A stretch of 64,000 nucleotides of DNA from contig NC_087436.1 of the NCBI RefSeq assembly GCF_036321535.1, forward strand, positions 83,764,001 to 83,828,000. Direction: 5' to 3'. The position numbers were made by a program, and so were the translations under genes. Of the stretch, positions 13,533 through 26,537 are shown piece after piece (position 1 is the stretch's first letter; every line of letters starts with the position of its first letter). This DNA is from Camelus dromedarius. Its lineage: Eukaryota. The notes beneath the pieces are model-generated. The model was not told the origin of the DNA and did not search any database. It saw only the letters and a program-made list of their open reading frames with translations.

Positions 13533-13660
13533 GGAGGTGGGGTACATAGCTCAGTGGTAACACGTGTATTTTGCATTTACAAGGTCCTGGGTTCAATCTC
13601 CAGTACCTCTGTTAGAAAAAAAAAAACTAAAAAAAAAAAAAAGAAAAACTTTAAAAAATA
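13533..13660 (+). mobile_element. Camelid tRNA-derived SINE (vic-1-type)
   Basis: A box 'tagctcagtggt', B box 'gggttcaatctcc', 'cagtacctc', then an A-rich tail. Confidence 0.8.
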
Positions 13661-14623
13661 TACTAAACAAAGAAGATATTGGCTGTGCCTGGAGGAACTG
13701 AGGAATACCTCATAGGAGGTGCTAGTGAGTAATTTCATTAAAAAGCCATTTTTTAAGGATGTGCGATACCGACATGAAATAAAAGGCTTGGTCTTTCTTG
13801 ATGTCTGTATAAGTGGATTAGGGAATGACCCAGATTCTGAGGCACTACATCCCCCCAACACTGCAGCCTGCCCTTGTAAGTATATGTCCACTGAATACTA
13901 TTCTAAAGCCATACACTGGATTTTAGGGCTATAACTTGGCCTAGTGTACAGTTTTCTTGGGGGAAAATGCTGGGTTAATGATAAGCACTGCTGTGACCCA
14001 CAGGATGATAGACATGAAGTGATTAAACAGTAAAAGACTGCGTCTGCGCCCTCCCAAGTGCCTGCTGCTGGGCTGTGATTAATGGTGCAGCACGGAGAAT
14101 GTCAGAATGTCCGAGGGCTGCAGAGTGGCTGGCTCCATTCTCAACGTGACTCTTCTAGGTTTTTAAATGCCCCTCCGAACACCATAGCTGGGGAGAATGC
14201 AGATCATGCCCCAGAGAATGCTTCACTCGAAGAATAAGAGAATGCCATGGTCAGGCTGAGCATACCCAGCATCATGGTCTCTGTGAACTTCCAGCATGGA
14301 ATTCCTGGGACCGGAGCGATAGGGCACATGGGGAATCCCGGAGTGGGGGGTGAGACTTCCCTGCGCATGAGAGTGCACATGACCCACATAAATACATCTC
14401 ACTAAACCCAAACTAAATATAGCCCCTACTCAGCTTTTGCTTAGCAGGGTCTCCAATGCCTAGGCATTCTAAAAGCAATGAACATGAGGGGAGGTAGGAA
14501 TTGAAAGAGACACAGGTCTTAATTGATTGTGGTTTAAATTTCTCATTTTGTAAATTTTACAAAACTATTATAAAAACACGTGAAACCATTGCCAGGTCTC
14601 CTTAGAACTGTGAAAGTGAAGTA

Positions 14624-14967
14624 CAGCCATCCCTCTGTATCGGACGGGATGGGTTCCAGGACTCCTGGCAGATGCCAAAATCCTCAGATACTCAAGTCAC
14701 TTATATAAAATGGTGTAGTATTTGCATATAACCTGCACACATCTTCCTGTAAACTTTAAGTCATCTCTAGATGACTTATAATACCTAATGCAATACAAAT
14801 GCTATGTAAATCTTTGCAAATAGAATGTAAATAGTTGCCAGAGTATGGCAAATTCAAGTTTTGCTTTTTGAAACTTCCTGAAAAAACAATTGTTTCCAAA
14901 TATTTTCCATCCACTGTTGGCTAAATCTGTAGATGCGGACCCTGCGGATATGGAGGAGGGCTGACTG
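14624..14967. mobile_element. MER2 (TcMar-Tigger)
   Basis: 'cagccatccctctgtatc…gttccaggac…tatataaaatggtgtagtatttgcatataacct…ggatatggagg…ctgactg' with TA flanks. Confidence 0.9.
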
Positions 14968-15114
14968 TACATAGAAACTTAAGCTTCTTTAGGTGTGTGG
15001 TCAAGCTGCCTCTGGGCCATGCTGTATTATGATTAACTGTGAAGTCCCAAGGTCACCACCCTGCTGAGCATAGTTATTAGCATGAGTTCATCTCTTATTA
15101 AATGTTTGTTGAGG

Positions 15115-15270
15115 AAAGAACAAAATAAAGGGGAGAGAGAAAGAGCGTGAGGGAGAGAAAAAAGGGAGGAGGGAAAAGGTAGGGAAGGAAGAAAGAAGAA
15201 AGGAAGATAGCAAAGAAAAAGGAAGGGAGGAAAGGAGGAAGGAAAGAGAGAGAGACTCAGAGGAGAGAAA
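15115..15270. repeat. GA-rich polypurine low-complexity tract
   Basis: About 150 nt almost entirely A/G on the + strand. Confidence 0.9.
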
Positions 15271-15619
15271 TGTACAAGGTTATTGAATGAAAGACCAATC
15301 TTGGACCAGAATCCAAGTAATCTAGTCAGTCCCTTAAGAAATCAAATAAAACTGTGTACATATTTTGTAGACCTATACTTTAATCCATGGGTATAAAAAT
15401 ATTAGAAAAATCCTATATTATATAAATGTTCATTATAGCATGCTGTAGAAAAATAATATTTGTGAAAGAAAAATAGTATTTTGTTCTTTAAAAATATCTT
15501 ATTCAAAGAAGATTTTTATGAATTTGTGGATGAATAAATCTTAATGAAGATTTATTTTTGAAAGTTGCAATGTCTAATATTTCCTTGTTTAGTGATCAAA
15601 TGTAAACTATATTAAGGGT

Positions 15620-16095
15620 CAGGAATGATTAACTTGGGGTCTCTGGATCCCAAGGGGCCCATGGCTAGAACTCAGGTGGCTGGTCAACTTGGACAGGGAA
15701 AAATAACAATTTTTCCAATAATATCTAGTTGTACTTTAGCCTTTCCTTTAAGTATGAATATAGGCAACAAACCACAATGGCCTTAGCCTGTGACACACAT
15801 TTTTTTTTAATCATATCACATGTTGTCAATATCCCAAATAAGTTCACACTAATTACTAATTTAAGATCATAGTATTTATTAGACTCACCACTAGACTTTG
15901 TTATTTAATGTGTTAATTAAGAAGCATACATATTACTCTATTACACATTTGTTACTTTAAATCTTTTGGTAACTGTATTTCAATATAGTTTCTAATCCTA
16001 ATATTTTACTTCATACATTAAAAAACATTATTATGAAAAGAGGTCCATGGGTTGCCAGAGTCCCACGAGCACAAAAGGGATTAAGGAACCTTGCC
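15620..16095. mobile_element. hAT-Charlie non-autonomous element (Charlie4a-like)
   Basis: Decayed TIRs 'caggaatgattaacttggggtc' … 'cacaaaagggattaaggaaccttg'. Internal 'tatgaatataggcaacaaaccaca'. Confidence 0.75.
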
Positions 16096-16734
16096 TTTTG
16101 CAAAGACAAAATATCTTTCCCTTCATTGCAGTATTTTTTTCCGATTAGTATTCTAGAGATGCACATGGAAAATAGTAGTGCTTGGAGGCACAGTACACAA
16201 GGTGGCAGCACATCGCAGTTTAATTTCCCCAAATCGAATTCCCTCATCTTGGCCATATCTGGATGCAAAGTGCAAACTGTAAGGTAATTAGAGTATAGGA
16301 CATTTTCAAAACACAGCTTTTGACAATTTTCAGCCTGCTTATATATATTACCATGCTCTTTTCTGTGAGATGTATAGCACACATAAAAAAAGTTTCTGAG
16401 TTTGAGAAACACAGTAAGAAACTACGTTAAATTATTTTCAGAACTTTGTCTAGATATGATTCCTAAAAAACCAAAAATAAAACCCCCAAAACCTAAAGAA
16501 CTAAAAATTAAACTATCCTTACGAGGAAAGACTTTTTTTCTTACTATAGGGCACCATGGTCTCATTTACACCAGTATGGTCTGTGTGCCGAAAGGGTAGC
16601 TGGTGAATTACATAAAACTTTTTTTTTACCAGCATAATCCATTTTTAATTACATGTCCTCTCTAATTTAAACTTGTGATTTTTTTTAAGTGGAAAAAAAA
16701 ATGGAGCAGGGAGGTGGAGTTAGTAAGATGATCT

Positions 16735-17125
16735 TTGGTGGAGTAGGTTGCAAAATGGCTATGATGCCTCATTCCTCCCATGACACCACTAGTGTTCCCT
16801 TTTGCTGTCTGTTTCCAGGACTGGGGACTGGGCTCTGCTCACCTCTGCCCCTCATGGAAGAACATGCCTGGAAGAGCCTGCGGGAAAGATGTGAGAAACA
16901 TGGAGAACGAGACCTAGAAAGCAGAGCTGAGTTGTTCCAGCCAGATAAATCCCAGAAAAATGAGACCCCAGCCAACAGCCAGTCTACTCCCAGACAAACA
17001 AGAGAGGCCAGGAGAATCACACAGCCAAAGTCTCTGACCTGCATCTGACTCCTGTTGTATGAGCAATAAACGCTTATTGTTTTTAGCCACTGAGATTTGG
17101 GGTAGTGTTTTATGCAACACTGTTT
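16735..17125 (+). mobile_element. Old MaLR LTR (MLT1F-H-like)
   Basis: 'ttgcaaaatggct' start, and the 3' motif 'aataaacgcttattgtttttagccactgagatttgggg'. Confidence 0.7.
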
Positions 17126-17377
17126 GCTGTTTGTAGAATAGGTAACTGTCACCAACTGTTCTTTATTACTAACTGGACACAAGCCCGTGACCAGTCCAGA
17201 TGATATCTTTTAACAAAATATGGAAACTGTGAAGAACCTAGCCTCCTATGGCATCAGGTATTTTGGTCTGTGTGACATTTACTGAGAATTTCTAGACATT
17301 TTGTAAATCTAGTTGTGACTTTAGGGATAGGAAGCGGGGGTAAAAGAAGAAATTGAGTGTGGGCATGGGGAGGAATA

Positions 17378-17783
17378 TGCTATATATGAATGTTTGTGTC
17401 CTCCTCCCCTAATTCATATGTTGAAACCCTACCCTCCAGTGTGTGCATTTGGAGATGACGCTTCTAAGGAATCAGTTAAGGCTACATGGTGTCGTAAGGG
17501 TGGTGCTCTGATAGGATTAATGTCTTTATAAGAAGAAAAGAAGAAGCACCAGAGAGCTATCTCTTTCTCTCAACCCCTGTGCACACACAAAGGAGAGGTC
17601 TTGGGCGCACACACAAGATGGCAGCTGCCTGTGAGGCAACAGAAGACGCCTCAGAATGAAACCGATTTTACTGGCACTTTGATCTTAGACTTCTCAGCCT
17701 CCAGAACTGTGAGAAATAAATGTCTAGTGTTAAAGCACACAGTCTGTGGTATTTGTGTTACGATGGCTGAGTTGACTAATCCA
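17378..17783 (+). mobile_element. MaLR solo LTR (MLT1A-like)
   Basis: 'tgaatgtttgtgtcc…aattcatatgttgaaaccct…gacttctcagcctccagaactgtgagaaataaatgt'. Confidence 0.9.
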
Positions 17784-19873
17784 GAGCAGAAAGGCAAAAT
17801 AGAGGGCAAATAATGATAATGACTAATTACAGTTTCCCAGCATTCTAGGGACTCAACAAATATACTTTTATTTATAAAATTACACAACAACCCACTGGAG
17901 TGGATGCTGATACCAGCATCTGCATTTTATTTTGGATCAGATAACTAAGACAAAGAAGGGCTAATGAACATGACCAAGCTCTCGCAGGTAATAAGCTGCA
18001 AAGTTGGCATTGGAATCAAGATGTCTGTCTCTAGAAGCTGTGTTCTTAGGGGTTACCTTATGCTGCTAAGAAGGAATGAGCAGTGGCAAGTGAAGGCAGG
18101 GAGAGAAAGAGCCAAGAGAAGATGTTTTCCACGATGAGCTCAGGGCTGGTGATCAGAATCTGTTGTCTCCCAGGTCAGCTTTCCCTGACTCAGCACCTGC
18201 TCCTCAGGGGCACATCTCAGAGTTTGGGGTCTCTGGAGGCCCAGCCCTGTGTGAGATCTTGGCTACAGAGATCTGCACAGGACTTTTCAACATGTCTTCC
18301 ATTCTTCTCTTCCACTGTTTTCATAGACTGAATTGCTAATTTTTTTCAGGACCCCGTGGGCTCTCAACTCCAAGAGCTGCCTTTGGCTAGAAATAGGGTC
18401 ATATCAGCCTTGCTAGAACAGATGATAAATGCTTATGGTCTGGGACATGACCCACGGCCACATATTGCATGCTGTTTTGTTGAAGATATGAAGAGGCATG
18501 CTTTACTATAGTAAAACAAAATTCTCTGTACACTTGTAGGCATGAATAAGAAGGTCTTTAAAAGCACTTATCTAGCATTGCTCCAGACTGAATACACACA
18601 GGAGGGATTTACAAAGTGCTCATGTTGGTAATTCTACCTAAAAGGTAGACGATTAAGTTGTTGATGATTAAGTCTCCCATATTTAATTGGCTATACAGAG
18701 CATCTGAAATATCAAAAAAAGTTTTCTCAGGCTTTCTCTTGGCCAGAGAAGGAGTTGCTTCTGTCCTCATATAAGCAAGAAGGTATTATAAAATTCTGCA
18801 GCACTCTGACAGACTAGTTGGAGAAGCTAGGATCACTGAGCTTCTCATTTAGTCATCTCTCTAGTGCCCCTCAGTTCCAGAGCATGCAGGAGAGAAGATG
18901 GACAATTTCCAAGCTCTTTGGGATGTGTGAGGAAGGTCTGAGAATTGAGACCCACTGTGCCTGCTGGAGGGTCTCCAGTTTAGGGAGAGAGTGGATGCTG
19001 TTGTGAGGCTGTGGGGTGACATGATACGATGCTAAAGTTTCAGTAGATAAGCAGCGCTAGTGTGTGAGTCAAGGGCAAGAGCAAGGAGGGGGTAATGCGG
19101 AAAGTGGGGAGACCATGAACTGACTGTGCAAGAGAATAGTCTTCTCCAGTTACGCCAGCCTTGGGTGCTTCAGCGGCCAGTGCAGTAAGAACGGAGAATG
19201 TCCCAAGATGAGGTTGGCCAAGCTGCAGCCAGTAAATATGAGAGCGCAACGCACAGATCACACAGGCGCCTTCACCAGCATTTCAAGACATTACATAAGC
19301 TTCTTCCTGGATCCAGCCCCTCTTTTGGGGTGAATAAGGGAAAGGGAAGAGGAGAACATGTGGGAGGGGCTGCTGTCCAGAAAGGAAGTTTGGAATTTGA
19401 AGAGACTAACTGAATTCACAAGAGACCAGGAGTTACACAGGAAGTGATTACGTTGCTTTTAACTGGTTACTGTCACTAAGTCTCATTTCCTGTGTCCCCT
19501 CCCCACGTCCAACTAAGTGAAATAAGGAATGTGAGAACAAACTGAGATTATCGACTAGAGATTCCTGCCGTCAGATCTGACTTTAAAAATAAAGCTGCTC
19601 TATGTCCAAAACAGAAGCTACTTTCTTACCAAGAAGCCAGCCTGCTACATGTGAGAATTATATGCATATGCTGCCACACATCTCTGTTGCTACAGATTCT
19701 CTCTGCTATCCACATTACACAATACCGACCGAGATTCTGGTCATAGGAAACAGAGTGAAAATAATTGCTTGCACATCTAAATCAACATTTTGAAAAGGTA
19801 CTAACACACATTATAGACATGAAAAAGTATTTTTCTAAAATACAATTGGAAGATATTAAATATTTAATACATT

Positions 19874-20440
19874 TGTACTAGTTATCTATTGCTACACGAC
19901 AAATCACTCAAAACTAAGGGGGTTAAAACAAAAAGTATATGTATGACTGAAACATTATGCTGTTCCCTAGAAATTGACACAACATTGTAAGCTGACTATA
20001 CGTCAATAAAAAAATAAATTAAAAAACCCCAACATTTACTATCACACACTTTCTGTGGGTCAAGAATTCAGTAAGGGCACAGCTGAATGTGGTGTGGCTG
20101 GCCCCTGCTCTGCAATTCGGGGGCCCTGGGTAAACGACTTGCAGCAGAAGGGCTGGAATCATTGAAAACCTGACTGGAGCTGGAGGATGTCCTTCCAAGG
20201 TGGCTCTCACATGGTGTCGAGGTGGTGTGGGCCAGCTGGTTCCTCCACGGGCTGTGTGAGTGCCTTGTGACACAGCAGCTGTCCTTCCTTACAGTGGACT
20301 ACGCACGAGTTTAAAGAAGTTGTGTTCGTTTTGAGAACCTATCTTCAGCATCTGGTCTCACCCCATCACTTCTGCCACATTCTACTGCTCACTCACACAA
20401 GTCAGCCCGGTTGCATGCGGGAGGAAACCGTCCAGGATAC
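19874..20440 (-). mobile_element. MLT1F-like LTR containing an ~85-nt L1 3' tail (~19935-20020, + strand)
   Basis: Starts 'tgtactagttatctattgct'. The inserted tail reads 'tatgactgaaacattatgctgt…gaaattgacacaacattgtaa…aataaaaaaa'. Confidence 0.75.
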
Positions 20441-20445
20441 CGTAT

Positions 20446-21440
20446 TGTAGTTATGTAATGCAGTGTTACGAATCACCCTGAAAATTAGCCACTTAAAGCA
20501 ACAAACATTTATTATTCAAAGTTTCTGTAGGTTGGAAATCCAGGAACAGCCTAGCTGGGTGGTTCTGGCTCAGAGACTCTCATGAGGTTGCAATCAAATG
20601 ATCAGCTGGGCTCCAGTCCGCTCAGGTTCGACCGGGGCAGAAGCACCTGCTTTCCAGCTCACTGGCTTGTCAGTCGGCTTCAGTTCCTTGTGGAGCGGGC
20701 CTCTCCTGAGGCTGGAGGGATGTCCTTATGACAGTGCACTACCTTCCCTCAGAGTGAGCCATGCAAGACAGACAAAGAGCCCGAGATAGAAGCCACAGTC
20801 TTTTATGACCCCAATCTTGGGAGTGACATACTGGTTAGTTTTCTACTGTTGTTGTGACAAATAACCACAAACTTAGTGGCTTCAACAATGCAAATTTACT
20901 ATCTTACAGTTCCGGACACCAGAATTCCAAAATGAGTTTCTTTGAGCTAAAATCAAGGTGTTGACAGGTCTGTGTCCCTTTTGGAACCCGTAGGAGAGAT
21001 TCATTTCCTTGCCTTTTTCTAACTTTTAGAAGCTGTCTGCATTCTTTAGCTTAAGATCTTTTCCTTTATCTTCAAAATTGTCAGTGAAACATCCTCAAAT
21101 CTCTGATTCTGACTTCCTTCCATCATTTAAGAATCTTTTTGATTACATTGGACCCATCCAGATAATCCAGGATAATCTCTCATTTGTGAGATTTTTAATT
21201 TAATCACATCTGCAAAGTCCCTTTTGCCATGTAAGGTAATTTATTCAACATATTCATAGGTTTAGAATGTGGAGATTAGGATGTGGACATATTTTGGGAA
21301 CCATGATCCTGCCTACCACACATAACATCACTTTTGCTATATTGTACTGTTCACATAGACCAGCTCTGGCACCACGCAGGAGGGGATTACTCATGGGTGT
21401 GACCATCAGGAGGTTGGGCTCATTGGGGACTGGCTACCAT
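20446..21440 (-). mobile_element. MLT1F-like LTR interrupted by an MLT1D-like LTR (~20830-21320)
   Basis: The outer element breaks at 'ggagtgacata' and resumes 'cataacatcacttttgc…ggctaccat'. The inner element has 'gataatccaggataatctc…taatcacatctgcaaagtccctttt…cctaccaca'. Confidence 0.8.
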
Positions 21441-24400
21441 GACATTCTTATACAACTTATGTAACTCTGAAAAAGTGTTCATTATTGCCTCAAAATACAA
21501 TCCTGAAATAAAAATCTTATAGACTTATTAATGTTTTGTTAGACTGAGAATAATAATAATGACGATGATAGAAGAACAACAGTGACTATTATTTGTTGAG
21601 GGTCTAATTTGAGCTGGGCACTGTAATAAGCATCTAACATGACATCTCTAAGTTATGTGACATCTTAAAATGTGAGATGAATGCTTTTTCATTTACAGTG
21701 GTACATATAAAAATATAAAGAAACTGGTTCAGAGAAGCTCAATGCCTTAAGTTCACACAGAGTATTGGTGGAGAGAAGGTTTGAATCGAGTTTGATCGGG
21801 TGTGAGAATATGTGAGTTCCAATCCCTCTTTGCCACTAACTACCCGTTATCCTGTGTAAGTGACATCCAATAACCAAGTTTTCCTTGCTGTCATTAATTT
21901 GACTACAACTACTATATGATCCTGAAAGGCTAAAGAATCACAGATAATTATGCAATTTTTTGTCAACCTACAGATGGCACTTTTGTGTTATTAGAAGCTC
22001 AACACATGTATAGAAGTTCAATTCTGGAACTTAGGCCAGAGACAATTTTATATCAGAAAATTAAGTCCCCGCACATGAGAACAGCATGCCATTGTTCTTG
22101 GCTATATCAAAGTGAAATCTCATGTAAAGATTTTCTAAATGAATCCTAATCTGGTCATAAAAGCCACCCACTGAGATGACTTTAAAAAAGAACCTTGCAC
22201 TGCGTACCCTCAGTTTACCAAACATCTAGAAAAATCCATTTTGTGCCACACCAAGTTCTATCCAAGAACAAGACATAGGAGTCCTTCCTGCTACGTTCCC
22301 CCTCCTCTTTCCTTTCTCCCTGTTTATGTACAGTCTTTTCGGTAACAAATATTCACCCTATTTTCCTTAATTGGCTGTCTTGAATTGCTCACTTAGGAGA
22401 ACACTTCTGGAGACTTATTACATTTTAAATGGCTCTGTTACATCCTCATACATGATCCCATGGCTAAAGCAGTACCAGTGTTGGGGAGATGTAGTTGGAA
22501 GTGTCCTGGGAGAATTATTACAGAGGAAGTGTGCCCAGAGTTAACAATTTCAACTTGAACATAATCAATGAAGGGCACCTGCATCACCGTGGGAGGAATT
22601 CATGCGACATCTAAAGGGCCCTTTAAGCAATGAATCGTTTACTCCTGTGTCCTCGTGTTACTAGAAGAGGGAGGACCCTGGCCAGCACCTTGAAAAGAAA
22701 ACTTCACAGGCAGTCTGTTCTCTTTACTCCCTTGAGTTTTGCTGATTCACTGAACAGTTAATGGCTTTAAAGGATCAATATTTCACTTTTGTCCAGTTTT
22801 TCTTTTTCACTCATCACTTTCAGGCACAGACTCTAAGCTTTGTACATTTTTTACTCGTTCACTCAAGAAATACAGATTGAAGGGCTTGATTAGCTATTGG
22901 TGCAAGTACAGGGCTTCAAAGGTGAATTTAGCATAATTCCCCTCCCTCACATGGCCATCACAGGATGACAGTCATCCTTGTGACGAAAGTGCCATCTCTG
23001 CGTTTACCCTTTGTGCCTGTGGCAACACTGGACAACAGAATCTTTCCAATGATTTCAGAATCCTTAATATAGCACTCACAGCAGCTACTACCAGAAAGAG
23101 TTTTGCAGAGGACGAGATTGGAATATTCAGATATTGACCATCTGATAGTGCTACCAAGACCATCCTGTCTTGCAGAAAAAATACAAGCCTCATCTCCAGA
23201 GACCTTATGGCTCAATGAGAGAATCACAGTTCCTGCCCTTGAAGAGTAGGAGTTCCCAGGGAGATGAGATATAACATGCTCACAGGTAAGAGAAGCCTCC
23301 AGAACACTGAGACAGAGACAGACACATGCAAATGAATTAAATGCTAGATTTGTTTCACACTCAGCAGAAGAAATAAGAAAGGTAGTTAATAACCAATGGG
23401 TGCCAGCACTATGCTAAATTTTGGACATATATTATATCCCTTCATCCTCTCGACAACTGCGTGAAGCAGGTATTAATGACTCTTAAACGGGTTACGTAGG
23501 TTGCCCCTATCACACATTCGACCAGAGACGGCGGTTGGATTTCAGACCTAGTCCTGTGCAACTGCCAAAGCCCATCTTTTCGCACTGCACTACACAGTCA
23601 CGTTAATCAGGTAACTTTTCTACTTATACGATGGGAGAAACACAAATTACATTGGAAAAACAAAATGTAGATATACCATGAATATGTTTGCCCAGTACTG
23701 GAGAAGCAACGTTTCAACATTAACGCTTTTTCAGCTACGTCCTCAGTGGAGAAATGGGTATCCAAGACCTAGCCCAGCTCTACTGGTTTCCTTTCAGCTC
23801 AAATTTACAGAACAAATGATTCCAGCTCAAAAATGTCTATAATTTACAACAAATCTAGTCCTTGACTAAAAAGAGGCACAATTTAAACTTCTCTAAAATC
23901 TTAAAGAGATGGAGGTTAGTTTAATGGGGGAAAGTGTAAGGATATTGAAATCAGGTAAATTTTCCCTTAAACTACTTGATAACTGGGACCTTAAACAAAT
24001 CATTTAATATATTTGGAAAAAAAGAATAAATAATACCTGGATTTTCTTCCCACCTATGAAGATATGTTCATGCTTCTTCTTTATTTGAAACTGGGGAAGG
24101 AGGAAGTTTGAGCTGATGCCTAAGGGAAAGGAAAGGAAAAAAACCAAATGTTCACTGATTTACTCACATGCTCATTTGTTCATTGCACAGATACTTCTGA
24201 AGCTCTAATAATGTGCCAGCCACTGTGATAACTGCTTTCACATGTTGTTTAATTCTTAAAAGAAAGTCATGGGAAAGTTATTTTTATCCTCATTTTATAT
24301 ACAAGAAGACAGAGGAGCTAAATGTTTAAATGATAGTGGGACCAAAAATAAACTGGATTAGAGATCAAGAAACTTGGGTAGTAGATCCACCTCTGTTACT

Positions 24401-24655
24401 GATTAACTATGGGATCTGGGGAAAACTTTATAGTCTCTGTGACTGGTTTCTCTTTTAGAGAAAAAGAGGCCTGAAACATAATCCTGAAGGCAACACAGGT
24501 CTTTTTCTACTGCTTGAGTTGTAAATTCAACTTCTACATTTGTCTCTTGCTTGGCTTTTTAATTTACATTTAATTCCCTTCTTCCCCCCCCCCCATTTTA
24601 TTTTACTATTATCATTGCTACTAGATTAATCTATTCTCCTTTTTCTGTAATTCTA

Positions 24656-25123
24656 TTTTTAAAAATTGAAGTATAGTTGATTTACAATATTATATTAGTT
24701 TCAGGTGTATAGCATAGGGATTCAATATTTTTATAGATTACACTCCATTAAAATTTGTGACAAAATGATGGCTACAATTCCCAGTGCTGTACACTATATC
24801 CTTGTTGCTTATCTAGTGTATACATAGTAGTCTGTATCTCTAAATCCATACTCCTGTCATGCCCTGCTTCCCTTCCCTCTCCCCTTTGGTAACCACTAGT
24901 TTGTTTTCTGTGTCTGTGAGTCTGCTTCTGTTTTGCACAGCCAGATGTTTGTTTTATTTTTTAGATTCCACATATAAATGATATCATACAGTATTTGTCT
25001 TTCTCTGTCTGACATTTCGCTAAGCATGATATTCTCTAGGTGCATCTGTGTTACTGCAAATGGCAGAATTTCATTCTTTTTTATGGCTGAGTAACATTCC
25101 ATATAGATAGATAGATACATAGT

Positions 25124-25155
<32 letters not shown>

Positions 25156-25231
25156 TAGAGATATACAGATATATAGATACACCACATCTTCATTCATTCG
25201 TTATGTTGATGGGCTCTTGGGTTGCTCCCAC
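24656..25231 (-). mobile_element. Cetartiodactyl-type L1 3' end with internal (GATA)n/(GACA)n microsatellite (~25103-25180)
   Basis: 'aattgaagtatagttgatttacaat…ttagattccacatataaatgatatcatacagtatttgtc'. Confidence 0.9.
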
Positions 25232-25551
25232 AGAATCTCCATTTTTAGGGTAAGGAATCTATGGTATTTGGTTCAGAAAGGGTCTCATTAGCTTGGACCA
25301 GAAAGTAAACATGTGCAGGCAGAAACATGCCTCACGCTGAGCTTCAGGTACTCCTGTGATATTATGCTCTTCTTGCTGCTGGTACTAAACTTAGGCAGAA
25401 CTATGCCTGATGGGAAATTCCAAATTAGTCTAGTTTAGGAAACAATTCTTTTTCTTATAGAAGTTACTAGATTGACAATAGGAAACAAATGGAGAGTAAT
25501 TAATAGTATTTCAGAAACTGGTATTGAGAATAGCCTTATTTAGTATATAAA

Positions 25552-26537
25552 TTTTTATGACAGCTTTATTGAGATACAAGTTACAGATCATAAAATTCAC
25601 ACTTTAAAAGTGTATGATTCAGTGTTTTTAAGTACATTCACACAGTTTTGCAACCATCATCATTGTTTAATTTTAGAACACGTTCATTAATACCCCACCT
25701 CTCAAAAAAATACTCATTAGCCATCACTGATTCCTCTTCCTCCCTAGTCCCTGGCAACCACTGAAGCACTATCTTATGGACTTGCCTAACACGGACCTTT
25801 CCTATAAATGAAATCATACGTCTTGTGATTTTTGGACTTGTTTCTTTCATTTAACATAACGTTTTCAAGATTCACACATGATGCAGCATCATTTCATTTT
25901 TATTGTCAAAAATACTCAATTGTATGGATATATCATATTGAATTTATCCATTCATCAGTTGATAGACATTTGGGTTGTTTTTACTAAATGGTTATTCTGA
26001 ATAATGCTACTATGAACAATTGTGCACAGGTTTTGTGGTCTGTATGTACAGACATTTAAATTATCTTGGACATATACCCAGGAATGGAATTGCTGGGCTT
26101 ATGGTGTCCTTTGTTTAGCTTTTTGAGGAACTGGTAAACTCTTCCAAGGTGGCTGTAACATTTTACATTCCTACCAGCAAAGTATAAGACTTCCAATGTC
26201 CTTGTATCCTCACCAAGACTTGTTACTGTGTGTCTTTATTTCAGCCATCCTAGGGGTGTGAAGCAGTATGTCATTGTGCTTTTGATTTGCATTTCCCCAG
26301 CGGCTAATGATGTTGAGCATTTTTTCATGTACTTATCGACCATCTGTATATTTACTTTGAAGAAATGTCTATTCTGTTTTTTTTTTCTTTTTTTGCCCAC
26401 TTTCTGATTTATTTGTCTTTTCAATATTGTGTTTTAAATGTTCTTAATATATTCTGAATTCAAGTTCCTTATCAGATATACAACATGACAGTATTTTATT
26501 TCATTCTATGGATTGTCTTTTCACTTTCTTGATGTCC
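25552..26537 (-). mobile_element. L1MB-type 3' end and ORF2 C-terminus
   Basis: 'cagctttattgagatac…tttgatttgcatttcc…gatgttgagcattttttcatg'. Minus ORF 26236..26424 (…YMKKCSTSL…[10 protein letters not shown]…) is from the L1 ORF2 C-terminal region. Confidence 0.9.

Noticed and set aside
13533..13610. tRNA gene (also considered at 38095-38165 and 54255-54322)
   Set aside because: A/B boxes are present, but each copy has an A-rich tail and no intact cloverleaf that I could fold. These are SINEs.
16689..17182. Overlapping 119-137 aa ORFs
   Set aside because: They lie within a MaLR LTR and show no protein similarity.
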